Below, in pieces: positions 1 to 8,140 of a DNA stretch of 32,000 nt. The translations under genes were made by a program, and so were the position numbers. How positions within the stretch are numbered: position 1 is the first letter of the stretch; each line of letters begins with the position of its first letter. Source of the DNA: Erysipelotrichaceae bacterium (lineage in GTDB: Bacteria > Bacillota_I > Bacilli_A > Erysipelotrichales > Erysipelotrichaceae); the NCBI GenBank assembly GCA_963663995.1, contig OY760660.1, positions 330,001 to 362,000 on the forward strand, read 5' to 3'. A model generated the notes under the pieces. It worked only from the letters and a program-made list of their open reading frames with translations. It did no database searches and was not told the DNA's origin.

Positions 1-10
1 ACGAAATTGG

Positions 11-39
11 TTGACAAAGGATAAAGTTATAACTATTAT
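11..39 (+). promoter_or_regulatory. sigma-A type promoter of the perR-prx unit
   Basis: TTGACA (11-16), 17-nt spacer, TATTAT (34-39). Confidence 0.6.
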
Positions 40-43
40 AAAG

Positions 44-58
44 TTGTAATCATTACAA
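44..58. promoter_or_regulatory. Fur-family (PerR/Zur-type) operator, perfect 7-1-7 palindrome TTGTAATCATTACAA
   Basis: Perfect inverted repeat covering the predicted transcription start, 3 nt upstream of the ATG of a Fur-family gene. One change per half-site from the B. subtilis PerR box TTATAATNATTATAA. Confidence 0.65.
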
Positions 59-61
59 ATT

Positions 62-478
62 ATGAGAACAGAAAATATCGATTATAAAAATTTATTGATT
101 GAACACAATGTGCGTCCATCGAACTATCGGATTCATATATTGAGTTTAATTGACCAAAAACAAAACCATCCAACAGCGGATGAATTGTATAAAGATCTAA
201 TCGATACTTATCCAACACTCTCTAAGATGTCTGTTTACAACAACATTGAAGCGTTAGTCGAAGCAGGTTTAATTAGACGTGTAGCGATTGAAAACACTGA
301 AGTGCGTTATGACAGTATCTTAGATGAACATGGTCACTTTAAATGTATTAAATGTGGTTGTGTGAAGAATTTCGATTTAAGCTCTAATCTTCTCTCACTT
401 GATAGTTTGATGGGATATGAAGTGTTAGAAAAAGATGTGTTCTTCAAAGGAGTGTGTCCTGATTGTCAGAAATTGTAA
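62..478 (+). CDS. perR: Fur-family metalloregulator, PerR-like peroxide sensor
   Basis: 138 aa. HPTADELY and SVYNNIEALVEAGLI motifs resemble B. subtilis PerR. Has DxxxxxHGH regulatory-site residues and two CxxC pairs (CIKC, CPDC). Followed 26 nt later by a peroxiredoxin. Confidence 0.8.
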   Translation: MRTENIDYKNLLIEHNVRPSNYRIHILSLIDQKQNHPTADELYKDLIDTYPTLSKMSVYNNIEALVEAGLIRRVAIENTEVRYDSILDEHGHFKCIKCGCVKNFDLSSNLLSLDSLMGYEVLEKDVFFKGVCPDCQKL

Positions 479-504
479 TGATTGTCCATTAGGAGGATTA
501 AACA

Positions 505-1188
505 ATGGAAGAAAACGCAGTAGTAGAACAATATCGTATGCCTTTGCTCGGGGAAAAAGCACCAGAATTTACAGCTGTAACAACTCAAGGTGAAATTAAC
601 TTTCCATCCGACTATAAAGGGAAATGGGTTATCTTATTTTCTCACCCAGCAGACTTTACACCAGTATGTACAACAGAATTCATGACATTCGCAACATTAG
701 CTGACGAATTTAGAAAAGATCTAAATTGTGAACTTGTTGGTTTATCAGTTGATTCACTCTATGCACATATTGCTTGGTTACGTACCATTCCAAACTTAAC
801 TTACAATGGGATGAAAAATGTAGAAGTACATTTCCCACTCATTGAAGACATCAAAATGAATGTTGGTAAATTATATGGCATGATTCAACCAGGTGAATCA
901 AATACACAAGCTGTTCGTGCAGTATTTGTGATTGATCCAAAGGGTGTTATTCGTACAATCCTTTATTACCCACTATCAACAGGTCGTAACTTCGATGAAA
1001 TCAGACGTATCTTACAAGCTTTACAAAAAGCTGATAAAGATGGTATTGCGACACCAGCAGACTGGAGACCAGGTGAACCTGTGATCGTTCCACCTCCAGG
1101 ATCATGTGGTACAGCTAAAGATCGTATGGAAGACAAAGATGTTAAATTAGAATGTCAAGATTGGTTCTTCTGCTTTAAGAAAGACTAA
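505..1188 (+). CDS. Peroxiredoxin, Prx6/1-Cys subfamily fold with C-terminal Cx5C
   Basis: 227 aa. HPADFTPVCTTEF peroxidatic Cys55 motif. C-terminal C217-QDWFF-C223. AGGAGG RBS 7 nt upstream. Confidence 0.9.
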   Translation: MEENAVVEQYRMPLLGEKAPEFTAVTTQGEINFPSDYKGKWVILFSHPADFTPVCTTEFMTFATLADEFRKDLNCELVGLSVDSLYAHIAWLRTIPNLTYNGMKNVEVHFPLIEDIKMNVGKLYGMIQPGESNTQAVRAVFVIDPKGVIRTILYYPLSTGRNFDEIRRILQALQKADKDGIATPADWRPGEPVIVPPPGSCGTAKDRMEDKDVKLECQDWFFCFKKD

Positions 1189-1200
1189 TTAAACAAAGCT

Positions 1201-1230
1201 AAGAGGTTGATTCATTCAGCCTCTTTTTTT
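1201..1230 (+). terminator. Rho-independent terminator after prx
   Basis: 10-bp stem AAGAGGTTGA/TCAGCCTCTT (one G-U pair), 5-nt loop, T7 tract. Confidence 0.8.
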
Positions 1231-1277
1231 GTACTTTTCACATGATACAATTAATTTAATAAAATTCCTTTAAATAA

Positions 1278-2789
<1,512 letters not shown>

Positions 2790-2792
2790 AAG

Positions 2793-3404
2793 ATGATGGA
2801 ACATATTACTTTATTTGATTTAATTGCACCTGCATATGCATGGTTTTATAAGCATCAAACACACGCTTATCAGCATGTTTTAAATGAAGTTAGGAAACTA
2901 AACTTGGATAAAAACTCAAAATTAATGGATATTGCTTGTGGTACAGGTGCATTAAGTTCTGTATTAGCACAAGATTTTAATAACGTAATCGCTCTAGATG
3001 GTTCCAAGCAAATGTTGAAAGAGGCTAAACGGATTCATAAAAATGAAGATATTGAATTTAGTTTAGTTGATTTACGACAGGGGATACCTTATCCTGATCA
3101 ATCATTTGATTTAATTACGACGGCTTTCTTTATGCATGGAATACCTTCTAAAGATAGAATCTTTATTCTTAATGAAATGAAACGTGTCGCAAAGCATGTG
3201 ATGATCATCGATTATTATGGTCAAGATAACATTTTAATTAGGACAGTAGAGTTTATTGAAAATGGTGATTACTTCAATTTTAAAAAAGACTTTATTCATG
3301 AATTTAAGCTTTGTTTTAAACAAAATCAAATAATTCCCTTGCATAAGAATGTAGGAATCTACATAAATCATTTAATATATCGAAAAACGATAAATAAATA
3401 TTGA
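2793..3404 (+). CDS. Class I SAM-dependent methyltransferase
   Basis: 203 aa. MDIACGTGALS SAM-binding motif. Starts 3 nt after the glpK stop. Confidence 0.75.
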   Translation: MMEHITLFDLIAPAYAWFYKHQTHAYQHVLNEVRKLNLDKNSKLMDIACGTGALSSVLAQDFNNVIALDGSKQMLKEAKRIHKNEDIEFSLVDLRQGIPYPDQSFDLITTAFFMHGIPSKDRIFILNEMKRVAKHVMIIDYYGQDNILIRTVEFIENGDYFNFKKDFIHEFKLCFKQNQIIPLHKNVGIYINHLIYRKTINKY

Positions 3405-3428
3405 AAAACAATAAAATAGAAGTATAAT
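3401..3428 (+). promoter_or_regulatory. Strong sigma-A promoter placed for a leaderless DUF2975 mRNA
   Basis: TTGAAA (3401-3406), 16-nt spacer, TATAAT (3423-3428). The ATG at 3435 is only 6 nt after the -10 and has no SD. Confidence 0.6.
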
Positions 3429-3434
3429 GTGAGT

Positions 3435-3938
3435 ATGAAAGCATTAGATCGTATTCCACTTAAAGCGTGGACCTTAAGTTTAAAAGTACTTATTTTTGTG
3501 ATTGGATTACCAGTTTTTGCCTTAGGGGCTTATTTTATGATTAATGTTGTAAACTTTGCCTTTCATTTATGGCCGGATTTAAGTTACTTAAAAACATTGT
3601 CTTATATTGTCTTAGGTTTAACAGCTTTACTTTATCTTTTTATACTTCTAAAAATAACCTACATTATTCATCAATATGAAAAACATGAAATATTTAGCTT
3701 ACAAACACATAAACATATTGTCCATGCCTCTATTAGTTCGTTATTAATTTCAGTTTTATATGCTTTATTATTACCAGTGTTTTATATCGCGGCTGAAATT
3801 GATGATGCGCCAGGCTTTGTATTGATTGGAATGTACTTTGTAGTTTTGACCATTGCCTTAGCACTCTTATTATTTATAATTTCTAATATCATTAAACAAG
3901 CGATAGTTCTTGAAGAAGAAAGTCGATTGGTGGTGTAG
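3435..3938 (+). CDS. Multi-pass membrane protein, DUF2975-like
   Basis: About 167 aa with 4-5 hydrophobic helices. The track starts at GTG 3429, but ATG 3435 is preferred. Conserved pairing with the downstream YozG-type HTH. Confidence 0.7.
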   Translation: MKALDRIPLKAWTLSLKVLIFVIGLPVFALGAYFMINVVNFAFHLWPDLSYLKTLSYIVLGLTALLYLFILLKITYIIHQYEKHEIFSLQTHKHIVHASISSLLISVLYALLLPVFYIAAEIDDAPGFVLIGMYFVVLTIALALLLFIISNIIKQAIVLEEESRLVV

Positions 3939-3939
3939 T

Positions 3940-4146
3940 ATGGCAATCAAAGTAAACTTAGATGTCATGTTAGCTAAGCGTAATATGAAATTAAATGATT
4001 TATCTGATGCAGTTGGGATAACAGTTGCGAACTTATCGATTCTTAAGACAGGGAAGGCAAAAGCAATACGTTTTTCAACCCTAGAAAGTTTGTGTAAAGT
4101 ATTAGATTGTAATGTATCTGATTTATTAGAATTCTCTGAAGATTAA
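3940..4146 (+). CDS. Small XRE/YozG-family HTH transcriptional regulator
   Basis: 68 aa, MAIKVNLDVMLAKRNMKLNDLSDAVGITVANLSILKTGKAKAIRFSTLESLC. The ATG is 1 nt after the upstream stop. The track N-terminal extension (3910) lies inside the upstream gene. Confidence 0.85.
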   Translation: MAIKVNLDVMLAKRNMKLNDLSDAVGITVANLSILKTGKAKAIRFSTLESLCKVLDCNVSDLLEFSED

Positions 4147-4171
4147 AAAAAGAACTCGTTTGAGTTCTTTT
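4147..4171. terminator. Bidirectional intrinsic terminator between convergent operons
   Basis: AGAACTC-GTTT-GAGTTCT stem-loop flanked by an A tract and a T tract. Confidence 0.75.
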
Positions 4172-4173
4172 GA

Positions 4174-5349
4174 TTAGGCTTGAGTAATTTCTCCAGCTTT
4201 TACGAGTGACATCTTAGATATTGCAGGACCAATTAATTCATAAATTAAAGTAGCACATAAGATTACGGCTCTTATAGCGGATGCATAATCTGGGACAACA
4301 CTTTGAGCAACAAAGGTTAAACCAATCGCAACCCCAGCTTGTGGTATTAAGGCTGGCCCTAAATATTTAATAACGTTTTTATCAGCTTTCATAATTGTTG
4401 CGCCAATGTAAGCACCTAAGTATTTACCAACAACACGAACAACAATATAAACTGAACCGATGACTCCAATAGTTGGAAGAACAGCTAAGTTTAAATGTGC
4501 TCCAGATAAAACAAAGAAAATAATAAATAGTGGAGGTGTAGCACGTTCAGTAAGTTCCAAAATGACATTAACATTTTTATAAAGATTAGAATAAACAGCA
4601 CTAAGTGCCATTACTGTCATCAAATCAGAACCATGATAAGTTTGAGCAATATAAATTGCTAAGAAAACAAATGCGAAGGTAAGTGATAAACGGTTCCCAC
4701 GACTTTCGAAGAATTTCGATAAATAAGTAAGTAGAAAACCTAAGATAGCTCCAACGCCTAGTGAGAAAACGATTTCCCATACAGGTTCGATAATCGCATG
4801 AAGCAAACTTTCACTTGTTGTACCAAGTGATTTAGCTAGTGAAACACTTAGACCAAAGAGGACTAAAGCAACAGCGTCATCAATCGCAACAACACTCAAT
4901 AAAGTTTCAGTCACTGGTCCTTTAGCTTTATATTGTTTAATAACCATAATCGTCGCTGCCGGAGCAGTTGCTGCGGCAATTGATCCTAAGACTAAGGCAA
5001 ATGGTAATTCAATACCTACTAGTAATAAAGCGATATCAACTAAGACAACGGCAAGGGTTGCTTCCATAAAAGCAATAACGATGGGTGTTAAACCAACACG
5101 TTTGAAATAACTAATCTTAAATTCACTCCCAATACTGAAAGCGATGAAGCCTAAAGCTAAATCAGATAAGATTGTTAAATTTTCAGTCGCTTCTAGTGGA
5201 ATGATATTTAACATATAAGGACCAATTAATAATCCTGCAAACAAATAACCTGTTACATTAGGTAGATCTAATTTTTTCGCAAAACGACTTAAGAATAAAC
5301 CCCCGAAAATCATTAAGGCTATATAAAATAGTACAGACTCTTCCATCAT
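4174..5349 (-). CDS. Cation:proton antiporter (CPA2 / Na_H_exchanger family), membrane domain only
   Basis: 391 aa, about 12 TM helices. Motifs GYLFAGLLIGP, GSEF and AIDDAVALV are typical of Kef/NapA-type CPA2. No C-terminal RCK/KTN domain. Confidence 0.85.
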   Translation of the reverse strand: MMEESVLFYIALMIFGGLFLSRFAKKLDLPNVTGYLFAGLLIGPYMLNIIPLEATENLTILSDLALGFIAFSIGSEFKISYFKRVGLTPIVIAFMEATLAVVLVDIALLLVGIELPFALVLGSIAAATAPAATIMVIKQYKAKGPVTETLLSVVAIDDAVALVLFGLSVSLAKSLGTTSESLLHAIIEPVWEIVFSLGVGAILGFLLTYLSKFFESRGNRLSLTFAFVFLAIYIAQTYHGSDLMTVMALSAVYSNLYKNVNVILELTERATPPLFIIFFVLSGAHLNLAVLPTIGVIGSVYIVVRVVGKYLGAYIGATIMKADKNVIKYLGPALIPQAGVAIGLTFVAQSVVPDYASAIRAVILCATLIYELIGPAISKMSLVKAGEITQA

Positions 5350-5700
5350 CTAAGCCTTAGTCTCTAATCCGAAAGCCCCTTTAACAAAATCTACAGGTAT
5401 GGTAAAGCAAATTCCGGTGTGTTCTTTTTCTAAATCCCCAATAACTGATTCGACGATCGCAACTGTACTCTTAACTTTAGTTTCATTAAGAACCATAAAT
5501 ATCATTCTATTTTCTTGGCGATCCATATCTAATAAATGTCTAAGTGAACCAATTAATGATTCATCTCCAATCTCTGCTAAAGCGTGTAACATTCCTGAAC
5601 TATTTACAATCGTAGCTCCAGAAATTTTCTCTTCTTGAAAACGACGCATTAATTCATCTAGTTTTTCAATGTCATTTAAGACTAAAACAAATAATCTCAT
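5350..5700 (-). CDS. PII-like (GlnB-fold) small signalling protein
   Basis: 116 aa from ATG 5700 (GGAG RBS 6 nt upstream; the track TTG 5718 is rejected). Beta-alpha-beta-beta-alpha-beta pattern aligns by eye with GlnB (ISGATIVNSSG vs ITGMTVTEVKG; HTGICFT vs GDGKIFV). The stop abuts the antiporter ATG. Confidence 0.6.
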   Translation of the reverse strand: MRLFVLVLNDIEKLDELMRRFQEEKISGATIVNSSGMLHALAEIGDESLIGSLRHLLDMDRQENRMIFMVLNETKVKSTVAIVESVIGDLEKEHTGICFTIPVDFVKGAFGLETKA

Positions 5701-5768
5701 AGCATTCTCCTTTTTCAAACGTTATTCATATTACGCCTGTACTAATATGTTTACAAGTATGATTATGA

Positions 5769-5783
5769 ATGAAAGCGCTTTTG
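5769..5783. promoter_or_regulatory. cre-like (CcpA) site in a divergent promoter region
   Basis: ATGAAAGCGCTTTTG matches 13 of 15 positions of WTGNAANCGNWNNCW. It shares the core TGAAAGCGCTT with the site at 10828. Confidence 0.35.
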
Positions 5784-5793
5784 TTGACAATAT

Positions 5794-5802
5794 TGATATA
5801 AT
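5794..5802 (+). promoter_or_regulatory. Extended -10 promoter for the cupin gene
   Basis: TGATATAAT matches TGnTATAAT. Confidence 0.5.
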
Positions 5803-5827
5803 TATTTTTAAAAGAAGAGGTAAAAAT

Positions 5828-6175
5828 ATGCCATTTGGATTTATTGAAGATTTAGAAAAAGAAGTAGTTAATAACCCAGCTGCAAAGGGAGCAACTAAAA
5901 GAGTGCCACTTGGACCTGATCAAGGATGGGACTCACACATCATGCGTGTCTTTGATTTGGAAGCAGGTGGTTATACACCAAAACATGTTCATGATTGGCC
6001 ACATATAAACTACATTTTAGAAGGTGAAGGCACACTTCTTGTTGATGGAAAAGTTCAAGATGTTAAGTTTGGAAATTATGCATACATTCCAGCAAATACA
6101 GAACATCAATTCAAAGCAAGTGAAGACAAAGCTTTAAAATTCATGTGTATTATTCCACAAGAAGCTCTATACTAG
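5828..6175 (+). CDS. Cupin-domain protein
   Basis: 115 aa from ATG 5828 (RBS AGAAGAGG). Two-motif cupin signature: GGYTPKHVHDWPHINYILEG and GNYAYIPANTEHQF. The track 5' extension crosses the divergent promoter. Confidence 0.8.
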   Translation: MPFGFIEDLEKEVVNNPAAKGATKRVPLGPDQGWDSHIMRVFDLEAGGYTPKHVHDWPHINYILEGEGTLLVDGKVQDVKFGNYAYIPANTEHQFKASEDKALKFMCIIPQEALY

Positions 6176-7080
6176 GAGCTTCTTTTTATATCTTCAAGGA
6201 TTTGTTGGATTGTAAATTCTGATATTTCTTTAAATGCTGGTAGATTAATTTGAATTAATGCTTTCCAAAGAGCCCAAACAGAAGCCCTTAGCCATGTATC
6301 TTCATCAATGTTTATAAGATTTTTAAAGTGTTTACGTTCATTGTAATTAAAGTTTGTCCACGCGATGGCGTAATCACAAGCAGGATCACCTATGCCACAA
6401 GAACCAAAATCAATTAAGCCAACAAGTTTATTGTTTTCAATAATTATGTTATTTGCTGAAATATCACCATGGATAAACACAGGTTTATCTTTCCATTCGG
6501 TTTTAATCGCAATATTTATACGATTCTCCAATAATTGACGATCTACTTCATTTTCTATATTGACTAAAGCAGTCCTTGTTTCATCTTCGTATACGGCAAT
6601 GTGTGCACCACGATAGAAATTATGAGGTCCACATAACCATTTTTCAAAGCTTGGGCATTGTCTAAGTTCAACCAGTACTTTAGATAATTGATCAACTAGA
6701 TCAAATGAATCTATATTATCTTTTGAATAAACTTCACCATCAACCCATTTCATTATTGAAAAATGATATGGAAATAAATCATTTGGTTTAAACAGTAAAA
6801 GGGGACGAGGAATTTCAATTGAAAGTTTAGTATTAATTTTAGGAAGTATTTCAACTTCTTTAATCACTTGTTGTGCATATTCGATTGAACTTGGAAAACG
6901 CAAAACATAGATATGTCCTAAACGATATGAAATATGGTCATGTCCTTGTGGATTAACCTCTGATATTTTTAAGTCTTTAAATTGTGGGTAATCAATTGAG
7001 ATTGAATCGATGATTGCTTCAACATTTATTTTCATATGACTATACTTTAGCATGTGAAATGCATGTGACATAGTATTCAC
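6172..7080 (-). CDS. Aminoglycoside/small-molecule phosphotransferase (APH family kinase)
   Basis: HGDISANNIII and LIDFGSCGIGDPACDYA catalytic and Mg-binding motifs. Start uncertain (GTG 7080, or ATG 7071, 7053 or 7035). Confidence 0.75.
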   Translation of the reverse strand: MNTMSHAFHMLKYSHMKINVEAIIDSISIDYPQFKDLKISEVNPQGHDHISYRLGHIYVLRFPSSIEYAQQVIKEVEILPKINTKLSIEIPRPLLLFKPNDLFPYHFSIMKWVDGEVYSKDNIDSFDLVDQLSKVLVELRQCPSFEKWLCGPHNFYRGAHIAVYEDETRTALVNIENEVDRQLLENRINIAIKTEWKDKPVFIHGDISANNIIIENNKLVGLIDFGSCGIGDPACDYAIAWTNFNYNERKHFKNLINIDEDTWLRASVWALWKALIQINLPAFKEISEFTIQQILEDIKRSS

Positions 7081-7100
7081 ATAGTTTTCATTTAAAGATA

Positions 7101-7128
7101 TTGAATATGTCTATAGAAGTGCTATGAT
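7101..7128 (+). promoter_or_regulatory. Orphan promoter (-35 plus extended -10)
   Basis: TTGAAT (7101-7106), 16-nt spacer, TGcTATGAT (7120-7128). No ORF follows. Confidence 0.45.
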
Positions 7129-7134
7129 GAAGAT

Positions 7135-7256
7135 ACCCTTTAGGAAGCGTTGAAAGATTTCTGAATTCTAAAAATAATGTAAAGAATGGTCATAGAAACA
7201 ACGTAAATAATTCCTAAAGAGATGGGCGTCTAGAAAAACTAGACGCTCTTTTCTTT
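7135..7256 (+). ncRNA. Candidate about 120-nt structured small RNA (unclassified)
   Basis: Lies between the orphan promoter and an intrinsic terminator. Long-range helices CTTTAGGAA (7138-7146)/TTCCTAAAG (7211-7219) and GCGTTG (7147-7152)/CAACGT (7199-7204). No ORF longer than 9 codons on this strand. Confidence 0.35.
7224..7256 (+). terminator. Rho-independent terminator with no upstream + strand gene
   Basis: GGGCGTCTAG-AAAAA-CTAGACGCTC stem-loop followed by TTTTCTTT. The complementary strand lacks a T tract. Confidence 0.7.
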
Positions 7257-7305
7257 GGAAAACTGTTCCAAGATTAAATGAATCTATTTATCCAAAAAAG
7301 AACTT

Positions 7306-7314
7306 TGTTATAAT
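7306..7314 (+). promoter_or_regulatory. Extended -10 promoter of the HAD operon
   Basis: TGTTATAAT, 22 nt upstream of ATG 7337. Confidence 0.55.
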
Positions 7315-7336
7315 GTTGAAGTCAAATGGAGGACTT

Positions 7337-8140
7337 ATGGTAAAAATTATCGCTACAGACATGGATGGAACCTTATTAAACTCACAATCTAAGGTATCTG
7401 AATTAAATAAAGAAACATTATTAAAAGCTCAAGCAAAAGGGATACATTTAATTCTTGCATCAGGTAGACCTTTAAGTGGATTAATACATCAAGCTGAGGT
7501 TATTGGTTTAAGTACAGAAAATACATCTTTACTAGCCTTTAATGGTGCCATTATAATTGATGCAAAAACACATGAAGTGCATATTTCTGATACCTTAAAA
7601 CTAGACTTAACAAAACGTTTAATAAAACATTTAGAAAAATTTGATGTCAATATTATGATCACTGATGGCACAAATTTACATGCTAGTAAAATTGACGGAG
7701 TGAATGTTTTACATGAAGCACAATCAAATGGTTTGAAACTTATTCATGATGATTTTAGTGATTTAAAAGTTGGTCCTCATAAAGTATTATTGTCGGCAGA
7801 ACCTGAATATCTAGATTCTATAATTAAAGATATTGAAGCTCCATTTATCAATGAAATGGACTTTGTTAAATCTGCGCCATTCTATCTAGAATGTTTAATT
7901 AAGAATGAAAATAAAGGAAAGACGCTTGCCCGTTTCTGTGAAATGAAAGGGATAGATCTTAAAGATGTGATTGCTTTTGGCGACAATTTTAATGATATGG
8001 AATTGATACAAACAGCCGGAATCGGTGTAGCGATGGGAAATGCTGTCGAACCATTAAAGAAAATTGCTGATATCTTAGCTGACACCAACGATAATGATGG
8101 ATTAGCTAAGGTGCTCATTGAAAAAGGTATTGTATGTTAA
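7337..8140 (+). CDS. Cof-type HAD-IIB phosphatase
   Basis: 267 aa from ATG 7337 (GGAGG RBS). Motifs IATDMDGTLL, SGRP and FGDNFNDMEL...GVAMGNA. The track TTG 7313 lies inside the promoter. Confidence 0.9.
   Translation: MVKIIATDMDGTLLNSQSKVSELNKETLLKAQAKGIHLILASGRPLSGLIHQAEVIGLSTENTSLLAFNGAIIIDAKTHEVHISDTLKLDLTKRLIKHLEKFDVNIMITDGTNLHASKIDGVNVLHEAQSNGLKLIHDDFSDLKVGPHKVLLSAEPEYLDSIIKDIEAPFINEMDFVKSAPFYLECLIKNENKGKTLARFCEMKGIDLKDVIAFGDNFNDMELIQTAGIGVAMGNAVEPLKKIADILADTNDNDGLAKVLIEKGIVC

Noticed and set aside
5669-5827. The 53-codon N-terminal extension of the cupin ORF in the track
   Set aside because: The extension runs through the divergent promoter and into the start of the opposite-strand PII-like gene. 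ATG 5828 has a good RBS and yields a normal 115-aa single-domain cupin.
6172-7080. The APH-family kinase as an acquired aminoglycoside-resistance cassette
   Set aside because: There are no flanking repeats, IS elements or integrase, and I saw no obvious compositional break by eye. APH-fold kinases phosphorylate many small molecules, so the substrate cannot be called from motifs alone.
7081-7222. Mini-ORFs in the long intergenic region: + strand MSIEVL, MMKIPFRKR and MVIETT; - strand 17-aa MTILYIIFRIQKSFNAS as a possible type I toxin
   Set aside because: None has a convincing RBS. All are 17 codons or fewer, and the hydrophobic stretch is too short for a transmembrane toxin.
7224-7256. A preQ1-type riboswitch, suggested by AAAAACUAG in the hairpin and a tgt gene in the window
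   Set aside because: The sequence is simply the loop and 3' arm of a canonical terminator. It lacks the preQ1-I stem and conserved nucleotides, and it lies 23 kb from tgt, upstream of an unrelated HAD gene.
7313-7336. TTG start for the HAD gene, and similar alternative starts at 3429, 3910, 5718, 21831, 23000, 24208, 25602 and 28898
   Set aside because: These non-ATG or upstream starts fall within promoters or upstream genes. Downstream ATGs with an RBS or ATGA/TAATG coupling fit homolog N-termini better.
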